Assembly (NCBI GenBank): GCA_016865895.1
Contig: VGNY01000002.1
Coordinates: 1 to 51,765 of the forward strand
Source of the DNA: Chloroflexota bacterium
Lineage (GTDB): Bacteria > Chloroflexota > Dehalococcoidia > GIF9 > UBA5629
DNA length: 51,765 bases
Reading direction: 5' to 3'
The number at the start of each line of letters is the position of its first letter. The stretch's first letter is position 1. The notes under the pieces were generated by a model, which did not search any database, had not been told where the DNA came from, and saw nothing but the letters and a program-made list of their open reading frames with translations. Position numbers and translations under genes: made by a program. Shown here in pieces: positions 17,435-25,665 of the stretch.

Positions 17435-18565
17435 ATGGACCTTGGTCTGACTGAAGAACAAGAGATGCTGAAGACATCAGCTCGTGACTTTCTGCAAAAA
17501 GAATGCCCCAAGCAATTGGTCAGGCAATTAGATGAAAGCGACACTGGCTACTCCCCTGAACTGTGGCAAAAAATGGCTGAACTGGGCTGGATTGGGCTGG
17601 TATTCCCTGAGAAATATGGTGGCAGTGGTGGTAGCTTCCTGGACTTGATAGTCCTTCTCGAGGAGATGGGACACAATATATTGCCCGGCCCATTTTTTTC
17701 AACCGTAATTCTCGGTGGTCTTACTATCATGGCAGCAGGAGACGAGGAACAAAAGAAAGAGTTCCTGCCCAAAATTGCCGGCGGTAAGATGCTCCTTACC
17801 TTAGCATTAACAGAGCCCAGTGCCAGCTATGACGCATCGTCAGTGAAGACTCAGGCCGTAGGTACTGACGGATATATTATCAACGGCACCAAATTGTTTA
17901 TTCCTGATGCTAACATAGCTGACCACATACTATGCGTAGCCCGGACAAAAAAGGAAAAGAAACCAGAAGACGGGACCACCATTTTTCTTGTTGATGCCAA
18001 AAGCCCTGGAGTCAAATGTACTCTCCTCAAAACTCTAGCTCGCGACAAACAATGTGAGGTTATCTTCGACAATGTGAGTGTGCCACAAAAGAACATCTTG
18101 GGCAAGCTAGACCAGGGCTGGCCTATAGTAAAACAGGTTCTCCAAAAGGCAACGGTAGCCAAATGTGCTGAGATGGTCGGGGGTGCCCAGGCTGCATTAG
18201 AGATGGCTGTCCAATATGCCAAGGACAGAGTTCAATTTAACCGGCCTATTGGTAGCTTTCAGGCTATCCAGCATTATTGTGCCAACATGGTGACCGATGT
18301 TGATGGTGCACGGTTCATTACATACAAGGCAGCCTGGAAGGTAAGCGAAGAGCTACCGGCTGATATGGATATAGCTATAGCCAAAGCCTGGACTAGCGAG
18401 GCTTGTGGACGGGTTACCCTGTTAGCACATCAGATATTCGGTGCAATTGGCTTTACCATGGACCATGATATACACCTGTATTACAGGCGAGCCAAAGCTG
18501 GTGAGATAATGTTCGGCGACGGCGATTTTCAACGCGCTATCGTAGCCCAAGAATTAGGGCTCTAG
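17435..18565 (+). CDS. acyl-CoA dehydrogenase-fold protein, beta-type (no catalytic Glu seen)
   Basis: ACAD fold (LTEPSASYDASS). It has Ala at the IVD-type base position (LQKATVAKC) and Phe at the MCAD-type position (IMFGDGDFQR). Confidence 0.85.
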   Translation: MDLGLTEEQEMLKTSARDFLQKECPKQLVRQLDESDTGYSPELWQKMAELGWIGLVFPEKYGGSGGSFLDLIVLLEEMGHNILPGPFFSTVILGGLTIMAAGDEEQKKEFLPKIAGGKMLLTLALTEPSASYDASSVKTQAVGTDGYIINGTKLFIPDANIADHILCVARTKKEKKPEDGTTIFLVDAKSPGVKCTLLKTLARDKQCEVIFDNVSVPQKNILGKLDQGWPIVKQVLQKATVAKCAEMVGGAQAALEMAVQYAKDRVQFNRPIGSFQAIQHYCANMVTDVDGARFITYKAAWKVSEELPADMDIAIAKAWTSEACGRVTLLAHQIFGAIGFTMDHDIHLYYRRAKAGEIMFGDGDFQRAIVAQELGL

Positions 18566-18567
18566 CT

Positions 18568-19488
18568 TCACCAGTTCACTTTATTCAGGCCTTTAAGCCC
18601 TAATATCTGCCTTGCCTCATCAGGAGTCGCTGGTTCCAGGCTTAACTCTCGAGCTATGCGCACTATTTTCTCTACCTGGTCAGCATTACTTTTGGCCAAG
18701 ACACCTTTACCAGCATAAAGGCTGTCTTCCATACCAACCCTGGCATTACCGCCCATAACTAGAGACATAGTACACATCGGCATCTGATGGCGGCCAGCAG
18801 CACATACCGACCACACGAAGTCGCCAATTTGCTCTCGAGCGCTGTTGAATAAGTATAGCAAATTACTCGGTGACGCAGGCATACTACCTAGAATGCCTAA
18901 TACGAACTGCAAATAAACAGGCTTCTTAAGATATCCTCTCTGCAGCATAAAAGCTACATTGTTAATCATTCCTGCATCATATATTTCCAGCTCAGGCTTT
19001 GTTTCATTTTCCTCAAAAGCCTGACTGAACTCTCGCAGCGTCTTAAAAGTATTGGCGAAAATGAAATCTTCCGTTCCTTGTAAATACGGTTTCTCCCAGG
19101 GAAATTTAAATTTTCTGACAGCTTCTGCTATAGGGAATAGCCCGAAATTTATTGAACCGAAGTTGAATGATGCCAGTTCTGGCTTAAAAGTTGTCACCCC
19201 CTTCACCCGCTCCGCCGTGGTCATGCCCACGCCACCACCAGTGCTCAAACAAAGAACAATGTTGCACCTGCTCTTCACCTTGGTGACTACCTCCCGAAAC
19301 AACTCCATATCAGAGCTTGGCTGACCGGTTTCCGGATTGCGGACATGGATATGGGCTACTGCCCCACCAGCTTCATACACTCTTACTGCCTCATCAGCAA
19401 TTTGCTGAGGCGTTATCGGTAAGTACGGAGACATGCTGGGAACATGAATGCTGCCAGTAATAGCTGCGGTGATTATAACCTTGCTCAT
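18568..19488 (-). CDS. BKACE (DUF849) family protein, second copy
   Basis: VIITAAITGSIHVPSMSPYLPITPQQIADEAVRVYEAGGAVAHIHVRN. Its stop lies 2 nt from the converging ACAD stop. Confidence 0.85.
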   Translation of the reverse strand: MSKVIITAAITGSIHVPSMSPYLPITPQQIADEAVRVYEAGGAVAHIHVRNPETGQPSSDMELFREVVTKVKSRCNIVLCLSTGGGVGMTTAERVKGVTTFKPELASFNFGSINFGLFPIAEAVRKFKFPWEKPYLQGTEDFIFANTFKTLREFSQAFEENETKPELEIYDAGMINNVAFMLQRGYLKKPVYLQFVLGILGSMPASPSNLLYLFNSAREQIGDFVWSVCAAGRHQMPMCTMSLVMGGNARVGMEDSLYAGKGVLAKSNADQVEKIVRIARELSLEPATPDEARQILGLKGLNKVNW

Positions 19489-19513
19489 AATTCCCCCTTA
19501 TCTTAATCCCCAA

Positions 19514-19702
19514 TGTCATTGCGCGGAGCCCAGCAACGAAGCAATCATCTTCCCTTATCTGTCATTCTGAGCCCCGATAGAATGGGGCGAAGAATCTCAT
19601 CATATCACTATCATTTCCAAGATTCTTCAGTCGCGGAGTTTACCCTCGAGCGTAGCGAAGGGCTTCTTCAGAATGACCTAATGCACAGGGCTCGCAATGA
19701 CA
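19514..19702. repeat. nested palindromic intergenic repeat (GTCATTCTGAG/GAAGAATC family)
   Basis: Outer arms TGTCATTGCG (19514-19523) and CGCAATGACA (19693-19702). Inner arms GTCATTCTGAG (19561) and CTTCAGAATGAC (19666), and GAAGAATC (19589) and GATTCTTC (19621). Confidence 0.75.
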
Positions 19703-19720
19703 GAAAAGTGTGTTAGCAAA

Positions 19721-20515
19721 TCACGCCAGCCAACGTTTCCGCCGCTTGTAATGTTTTACCTCGCGGTAACTTCTCCTCTGCCCTACCTTGCTCAACCCTA
19801 GATAAAACTCCTTTATGTCCTCGTTATCTCTCAGTTTCTCAGCCGGTCCATCCATAACCACGCGGCCATTTTCCATAACATAGCCATAGTTAGCCAGTTC
19901 CAGTGCTGCCCTAGCATTCTGCTCCACCACTAAAATAGAGGTCTTCTCCTCGGTGTTAATCCTTTTCACTATGTCAAAGATTTCTCTTACCAGTATCGGG
20001 CTGAGCCCTAGAGATGGCTCATCCAAAAGCATCAGCTTCGGGCGAGCCATAAGCGCTCGCCCCATGACCACCATCTGCCTCTCACCCCCGGAAAGATAAC
20101 CAGTCGTGGCATGACGCAGGTCTTTCAGCTTTGGAAAATAATCATATACCATGTCCAGGTCTCTTCTTACCCCTGCAGCATCACCACGTGTATAGGCGCC
20201 TACTTTCAATTCCTCATCCACATGCAGGTGCTCGAACATGGGACGTCCCTCCATAACCTGAACGATTCCCAACTTGACCACATCTTCAGGGTTCATCCTG
20301 TCTATTCGCTGGCCATCCCACTCAATGCTGCCATCGGTAACATCGCCTTCCTCTGTATAAAGCAGTCCGGAAATTGCCTTAAGCGTAGTTGTCTTGCCGG
20401 CACCGTTACCACCGAGCAGCGTTACGATACCACCATCAGGCACCTCCAGCGATACTCCCTTGAGCACCAATATCACATTGAGATAGATAACTTCAATATT
20501 GTTCAACTTTAACAT
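19721..20515 (-). CDS. livF: Liv-type ABC transporter ATP-binding protein (LivF-like)
   Basis: Walker A GGNGAGKTT, signature LSGGERQM and Walker B LMLLDEPS, with a basic C-terminal tail. Confidence 0.9.
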   Translation of the reverse strand: MLKLNNIEVIYLNVILVLKGVSLEVPDGGIVTLLGGNGAGKTTTLKAISGLLYTEEGDVTDGSIEWDGQRIDRMNPEDVVKLGIVQVMEGRPMFEHLHVDEELKVGAYTRGDAAGVRRDLDMVYDYFPKLKDLRHATTGYLSGGERQMVVMGRALMARPKLMLLDEPSLGLSPILVREIFDIVKRINTEEKTSILVVEQNARAALELANYGYVMENGRVVMDGPAEKLRDNEDIKEFYLGLSKVGQRRSYREVKHYKRRKRWLA

Positions 20516-20670
20516 GTTGTACCCCTTTTATTATCGTTTCTATAATCGAGACAGGGTGCACCCTATTGTCGCTGTATTTCTCGTCTGTGTCAGGATGTTG
20601 ATAAACAGTATTATATATCTTACACCTATACATAATTTGCATCAAGCAACCATACATGGAAGTCGTTTAT

Positions 20671-20750
20671 CAATGTCATTCTGAGGAGTCCCAACAAATT
20701 AGGGCGCCGAAGAATCTCGGAGATTCTTCGCTTCGCTCAGAATGACATTG
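20671..20750. mobile_element. MITE-like palindromic element flanked by an 8-bp direct repeat
   Basis: 15-bp terminal inverted repeats CAATGTCATTCTGAG (20671-20685) and CTCAGAATGACATTG (20736-20750). Central GAAGAATCTC-G-GAGATTCTTC hairpin. TCGTTTAT at 20663-20670 and 20753-20760. Confidence 0.55.
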
Positions 20751-20787
20751 AATCGTTTATAAACAGTCTCCCTACATACTCGAGGCA

Positions 20788-20820
20788 AAAGGAGAAACCT
20801 CTCGGAAAGGCTTCTCCTTT
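20788..20820 (-). terminator. candidate hairpin terminator after the lipoprotein gene
   Basis: A 12-bp stem (AAAGGAGAAACC/GGCTTCTCCTTT, one wobble) with a 9-nt loop. Only a short U tract on the minus strand. Confidence 0.35.
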
Positions 20821-20866
20821 CCTTACTTCTTTCAGTCTATGTGTCCTCTCTCAGATGTACCCGTGT

Positions 20867-21934
20867 CTACTTCTTGAATTGCAAGGTGTGTACTATCTCT
20901 GAGAACTTGGCTTCGTTGTACGGTGCCAGTAGCTCTACGGTGCCTACTGTAACAAGTATCCACTTGTTGTCTTTCTGCGTACCCAGAGCAAAGGCTTTAG
21001 CCCCAAAACCTCTCAATGTTACTTCAATCGCTGCCGCGGTGGCTTTAGTGCCATCGGCCAGAGTAGTTTCTTTCTCAGAGACAACTTTGAAGCCTGAGCC
21101 ACCAGCTCCTTCAAGTGATTTCTTGAGCGCCTCGGCAAAGGTAGCAGCCTCCTCAGCATCAACAAACAGAACTGGAACCTGGGCCGGCGATGCAGCATAG
21201 AACAGGAGGGTATCAGGAGGTTGCTTTGCCCAATCCTTGGGATATTTGACGGAGAAACCAAGTTCAGCATTGGTGTACTCAGCAGCTTCAAAAGTGAGCT
21301 TGCCTGGCTCGGCTGGTTTCTCTGCAGGCGGCGCCGCTGGCGGTGTCAATTGCAGGTCCCAAGTTGTGGTAGCTACAGCACGCGTATCCTCACCCACAGC
21401 ACGTAGAGTGTAGACAAGGTTCGGCAGTGGATTGCCGAGCGACTTTGTATCGAGTGCCATCGTGGGTAGAAAGTCACCCCGCAACAACCAGTCAACCTTC
21501 GATACTCTTTCCAGTGCCACTTCAAAATTGCCCTGGTCATCGGTGGTGGCAAAGGCAATGCCAACAGCATCTTCACCACGCTCTCTATCGAGCCCTTTCA
21601 TTGCAACATCGGGAGGCACAACCAATTCCACGGTGACTATCTCGTTGGGCTGCCAGCCAGTGCCCTTAAACTTCACCGGTATAGCCAGGATGCCCATTTG
21701 AGGCGGGAGTCCTGCTGCCGCAGCCTCAGGAAGACCCAGGGCCTTGGCAAGTGCTGGCAGTACTCCCTTCAGCATAGCCTGGTCAATTTTGGCTGGTTCC
21801 ACAGTCAGCGTCCCTGCTGGAGGTGGTGGCGGTGGTGGGGGTGGCGCCTTAGGAGCGCAGCCAACTACGGGCAACACCAGAAGTGCCACCATGACTACAA
21901 TAATCAGTGTCTTAAAACTACATATTTTCATCAT
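20867..21934 (-). CDS. lipoprotein with poly-Pro tether and C-terminal PsbP/DcrB-like module
   Basis: Lipobox VVGCAP followed by PPPPPPPPP. The C-terminal 134 aa is roughly 80-85% identical (by eye) to the C-terminus of the binding protein at 34842-36647. Confidence 0.8.
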   Translation of the reverse strand: MMKICSFKTLIIVVMVALLVLPVVGCAPKAPPPPPPPPPAGTLTVEPAKIDQAMLKGVLPALAKALGLPEAAAAGLPPQMGILAIPVKFKGTGWQPNEIVTVELVVPPDVAMKGLDRERGEDAVGIAFATTDDQGNFEVALERVSKVDWLLRGDFLPTMALDTKSLGNPLPNLVYTLRAVGEDTRAVATTTWDLQLTPPAAPPAEKPAEPGKLTFEAAEYTNAELGFSVKYPKDWAKQPPDTLLFYAASPAQVPVLFVDAEEAATFAEALKKSLEGAGGSGFKVVSEKETTLADGTKATAAAIEVTLRGFGAKAFALGTQKDNKWILVTVGTVELLAPYNEAKFSEIVHTLQFKK

Positions 21935-21955
21935 TATTCTGCCTCCTTCCTCCTC

Positions 21956-23227
21956 TTAATCCTTACCCCAGTCATGAAGGGCTACGCAATCGGGTACTTT
22001 AACCCAGCCGCTGATATCGACCTCTTTGCCCTTCTGCACCTGATAGAACTTGGTCTTGTCAGTACCCTGGCGGTTTGTAGGGCTATAAGTACACTCAGTT
22101 ACCAAACCTTGGCCAATGTCCATGCCGGTGAGCGATTCGTAGGCTGTCTTCATATCCTCGCCAGTGAGCTTATCATAGCCAACAGCCTTTAGAGCTCTCG
22201 CGGCACCTTCCTTATAGACAAGTGCCCACACCATCCCCGTCACATAGTTCGCTGGCGTGGTCTTGCGGAACTCGTCAACGCTCTTCCCACGATACTTCGG
22301 TACCATCATAGTGGACAGTGGGTGGTCCCAGGCTTCATCCCCCCGGAGATAGTAACTGTTTATCCAGCATCCTTCCGTAGCCTCAGGGTGAAGCTTGATG
22401 CCGACAGCCTCAGTAGGACCCCAGAAAGTGGAATCAACAAACTGAATCGTCTTGGTCAGACCCAGCTTGAAAGCGTCACGCAGGATATTGCTCGGCGTCG
22501 GGTCCACGCCACCTATCATGATGTAGTTGGCACCACCTTCAGCAAGCCTCTTCAGCCATACGGTATGGTCAGGAGCGCCCGTAGGGAAAAACTCCGACGG
22601 CAGCAATTTTACACCGAGTTTCTCGGCGTATTCCTTGCCGCCACGCAATGGCTCTCTACCATAGGCGCTGTCCCAGCTCATGTAACCAATTACAGGGCTG
22701 CCGGTCTTACCCTTAGCCTGCCAGTCTTTCAAAATGAAGTCAATGGTAGCTCCGAAAGCGTTCTGGTAACAGACACCCCAGGGGAACACCCAGCCGATGT
22801 GCGCCTGAGCTTCGCCATCGCCCGGAGCCAGTTGGACTACCTTGTCTTTCATGGTCATGGGATAGATAGCTTTGCCGAATGGTGTGCTGATGGCATTGAC
22901 CACCAGCAGCTTGGGCTCAGTCCGGTACCTCTTGTAGGCCGACACACCACGGGCAGTATCATAGCGGGTGTCGACGCCAATGAAATTGCACTGCACGCCA
23001 TCAACACCACCCGTAGCATTTATCTCTTTGAACATGTCCCCACAACCCAAATCAGCAGGGACATTGAGTCCGGCTATCGGCCCGGTATAGTCACCCAGAC
23101 TCAGATAGGAGATTATCTTCTCCTTCGGTGGCGGCGCTGCCCCGGGAGCACATCCCGAAATCGCTGGCAGTGTTAACGCTACCACAAGCAGAATTGCTCC
23201 AATTAATAGATACTTTCCTTTGCTCAT
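21956..23227 (-). CDS. Liv-type (type I) ABC substrate-binding lipoprotein
   Basis: Lipobox ISGCAPGAAPPPKEK, and a ~420 aa LivK/Peripla_BP_6-like layout. Sits in an operon with livHM. Confidence 0.85.
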   Translation of the reverse strand: MSKGKYLLIGAILLVVALTLPAISGCAPGAAPPPKEKIISYLSLGDYTGPIAGLNVPADLGCGDMFKEINATGGVDGVQCNFIGVDTRYDTARGVSAYKRYRTEPKLLVVNAISTPFGKAIYPMTMKDKVVQLAPGDGEAQAHIGWVFPWGVCYQNAFGATIDFILKDWQAKGKTGSPVIGYMSWDSAYGREPLRGGKEYAEKLGVKLLPSEFFPTGAPDHTVWLKRLAEGGANYIMIGGVDPTPSNILRDAFKLGLTKTIQFVDSTFWGPTEAVGIKLHPEATEGCWINSYYLRGDEAWDHPLSTMMVPKYRGKSVDEFRKTTPANYVTGMVWALVYKEGAARALKAVGYDKLTGEDMKTAYESLTGMDIGQGLVTECTYSPTNRQGTDKTKFYQVQKGKEVDISGWVKVPDCVALHDWGKD

Positions 23228-23309
23228 TTGCAGCCTTTCACCTCCTTCATTTTAGTCCCTCGCTTTTAAGTTTCAATTCATACAATGCCCATTATCACCC
23301 CCTTTCACG

Positions 23310-24581
23310 CTACTGGCTCCAGTCATGAAGTGACACACAATCAGGCACCTTTCTCCAGCCGCTGATAGGCACCTCTTTGCCGTTCTTAACCTGATAGAAC
23401 TTGGTTTGGTCGACACTCTGGCGGCTAGTAGGACTATAGGCAACAGGGCCTGTTAGTCCATCGCCTAGATCCAAGCCAGTAATTGCCTCCATACCTGCTT
23501 TCATATCTTCGCCATCCAACTTATCATAACCACCAGCTTTTTTCAGGGCTATCTCTAAAGCTTTAGCGAAGATAGGTATCCGTGTTAGACCAGCAACATA
23601 AATCGCTGCTGTCGTTTTACGGAACTCTTCAACGCTCTTTCCGCTATATTTTGGCACCATATAGGCGGCCAGCGGATGCGACCAGGCTTCATCCCCCCGG
23701 AGATAGTAGCTGTTTATCCAGCATCCTTCCGTAGCCTCAGGATGCAGTTTGATACCAACTGCTTCAGTGGGCCCCCAGTAGCTGGTATCAATAAACTGAA
23801 TCTTCCTGGTCAGCCCTAGCTTATAGGCGTCCCGTAAGACATTGCTTGGCGTCGGGTCTACGCCAGCAACGAGTATGTAATCGGGATTACCTGCAGCCAG
23901 CCTTTGCAGCCAGACGGTGTGGTCAGGAGCACCGGTAGGGAAGAACTCCGGCGATAGCAACTTGACACCCATTTTTTCAGCATATTCCTTGCCGCCACGC
24001 AGCAGTTCCCTGCCATAGGCGCTATCCCAGTTTATGTAGCCAATAGTAGGCATACCAGATTTACCCTTATTTTTCCAGTCTTCTAACAGGAAATCAACGC
24101 TGGCCCCAAAAGCATTCTGGTAGGCAGCACCTATGATGAACACCCAACCAAGGCGGGCTTGAGGTTCACCATCACCGGTTACATTCTGCACCACCTTGTC
24201 TTTGGCAGTCATCGGTGTGATAGCTTTGCTAAGCGCCGTACTGATAGCCACCACCGTCATGAGCTTGGGCTCAGTCCGATACCTCTTATAGGCTGATACG
24301 CCACGGGCGATGTCATAACGAGTATCAACACTGAGATAATTTATCTTCACTCCATCAACACCACCCTTGGCATTAATCTCCTTAGTCGAGTCCTCGGCAG
24401 CCATTCCCGCCGGCACATTAAGTCCAGCTATCGGCCCGGTATAATCCGCCAAGTCAAGAAAGGTAACCACCTTCTCCTTCGGTGGTGGTGCTGCCCCGGG
24501 AGCACATGTAGATGCTAAAGCCAACATCAGCAAAAGTGAAAGCAGGACGACACTGAACAGCAGAGACTTCTTCTTTCCCAT
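23310..24581 (-). CDS. Liv-type ABC substrate-binding lipoprotein, tandem paralog
   Basis: Collinear with the previous gene (STCAPGAAPPPKEK). The likely start is the second ATG (MGKKKSLLF), 7 nt after GGGAGG. Confidence 0.85.
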   Translation of the reverse strand: MGKKKSLLFSVVLLSLLLMLALASTCAPGAAPPPKEKVVTFLDLADYTGPIAGLNVPAGMAAEDSTKEINAKGGVDGVKINYLSVDTRYDIARGVSAYKRYRTEPKLMTVVAISTALSKAITPMTAKDKVVQNVTGDGEPQARLGWVFIIGAAYQNAFGASVDFLLEDWKNKGKSGMPTIGYINWDSAYGRELLRGGKEYAEKMGVKLLSPEFFPTGAPDHTVWLQRLAAGNPDYILVAGVDPTPSNVLRDAYKLGLTRKIQFIDTSYWGPTEAVGIKLHPEATEGCWINSYYLRGDEAWSHPLAAYMVPKYSGKSVEEFRKTTAAIYVAGLTRIPIFAKALEIALKKAGGYDKLDGEDMKAGMEAITGLDLGDGLTGPVAYSPTSRQSVDQTKFYQVKNGKEVPISGWRKVPDCVSLHDWSQ

Positions 24582-24617
24582 TTTCAACCTCCCCATATTT
24601 TTATTCCAGCTATGCCG

Positions 24618-25664
24618 TCAATAAGCAAACGGGAAAAGCCTGTAGGAAGCTTTGAAGATGCTCCAGCGATGGGCAAGCCCTCTAGGCTCAAAAATTAAGA
24701 AGAGGACAATTATAACACCGAAAGCACTGGCACCCAACGCTGCTGCCGGTGCGATACCCAGAGCCGGGAACCATCCGGTAAGTGTTGGCGAAGCAAAGGT
24801 AACTGCTTCGATAAGCAGGCTGATAAAAACGGTGCCGAAGAACACTCCCACTATGGTGCCCAGGCCACCGACGATAAGCATACCAATATAGAAAACAGCA
24901 TCAGCCAACGGAAACTGCTCCACATGAACAAACTGCATCCAGTGAGCAAATAGCGAGCCGGCGATACCAGCGAAGAAGCAACCAATGAAAAAGCCGAGTA
25001 GCTTATAGTAAAACAGGCTAATCCCCATAACCGACGCCGCCAGGTCGTTGTCTCTGATAGCCACAAAAGCTCTGCCTATCCTTGACCTGGCTAAATTCTT
25101 GGCAAAATAGGTCATCAGCAGCATCATGGGCACAACGATGTAATACATGGTTTCATCAGTATCGAAAGCAAAACCAAACACCGTCGGTGCTGGCGCATGT
25201 AAGCCTACAACGCCACCGGTGATTTTCATGTGTAATATCAGCCAGGCGACAATGTAATGAATGGCCAGGGTAGCCAAGGCCAGATAGAAGCCCTTAATCC
25301 TCAGTGCAGGGGTACCACCGAGGACGCCAATCACCCCAGCAACGATACCGGAAACTGGTAGTGCCAGCCAGAACGGCCAACCGTAGGTAGAAGTGAGGAT
25401 AGCTGAGGTGAAAGCACCTATTGCCACAAACGCCACTTGACCGAATGAGATGAGCCCACAATAACCCATCATCAACTGCAACCCCAACACGGCGACAATA
25501 GTAATGGACATCTTGTTGATTAAACCTATGAAGTAATGGTCGCCGTAAAGTGGAAAAGTAAGCAGTACGACAAGAGCCAGGATTGTAATAATCCACTGCA
25601 GCCTAGTCCTGATAACCGCCGTGTCTCTACCGTAGTCTTGGTTAAAAGTACCGCAGGGAAGCAT
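24618..25664 (-). CDS. livM: Liv-type ABC permease (LivM-like)
   Basis: 348-aa polytopic membrane protein of the branched-chain amino-acid permease family. Adjacent to the livH-like gene. Confidence 0.9.
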   Translation of the reverse strand: MLPCGTFNQDYGRDTAVIRTRLQWIITILALVVLLTFPLYGDHYFIGLINKMSITIVAVLGLQLMMGYCGLISFGQVAFVAIGAFTSAILTSTYGWPFWLALPVSGIVAGVIGVLGGTPALRIKGFYLALATLAIHYIVAWLILHMKITGGVVGLHAPAPTVFGFAFDTDETMYYIVVPMMLLMTYFAKNLARSRIGRAFVAIRDNDLAASVMGISLFYYKLLGFFIGCFFAGIAGSLFAHWMQFVHVEQFPLADAVFYIGMLIVGGLGTIVGVFFGTVFISLLIEAVTFASPTLTGWFPALGIAPAAALGASAFGVIIVLFLIFEPRGLAHRWSIFKASYRLFPFAY

Positions 25665-25665
25665 G

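Noticed and set aside
19513-19716. A 67-aa ORF in the livF-BKACE gap, and similar small ORFs at 20499-20684, 34788-35036 and 45436-45690.
   Set aside because: They are read-throughs of palindromic repeats, hairpins or promoter regions. They have no RBS, and the sequence is explained by the repeat structure.
21795-21850. A G-rich run (GGAGGTGGTGGCGGTGGTGGGGGTGG) considered as a simple repeat or G-quadruplex element.
   Set aside because: It is the antisense of the codons for the PPPPPPPPP lipoprotein tether at the N-terminus of the 20867-21934 protein. Coding constraint explains it.
22322-23176. A 284-aa ORF on the + strand, together with other long antisense ORFs (36976-37584, 26774-27343, 14938-15468, 21698-22192, 41991-42470, 46312-46746, 6170-6577 and 20111-20512).
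   Set aside because: Each lies entirely antisense to a gene with clear family motifs (binding protein, ACAD, ligase, MaoC, NMO, lipoprotein or livF). They have no motifs or RBS of their own, and their low-complexity composition is typical of shadow ORFs.
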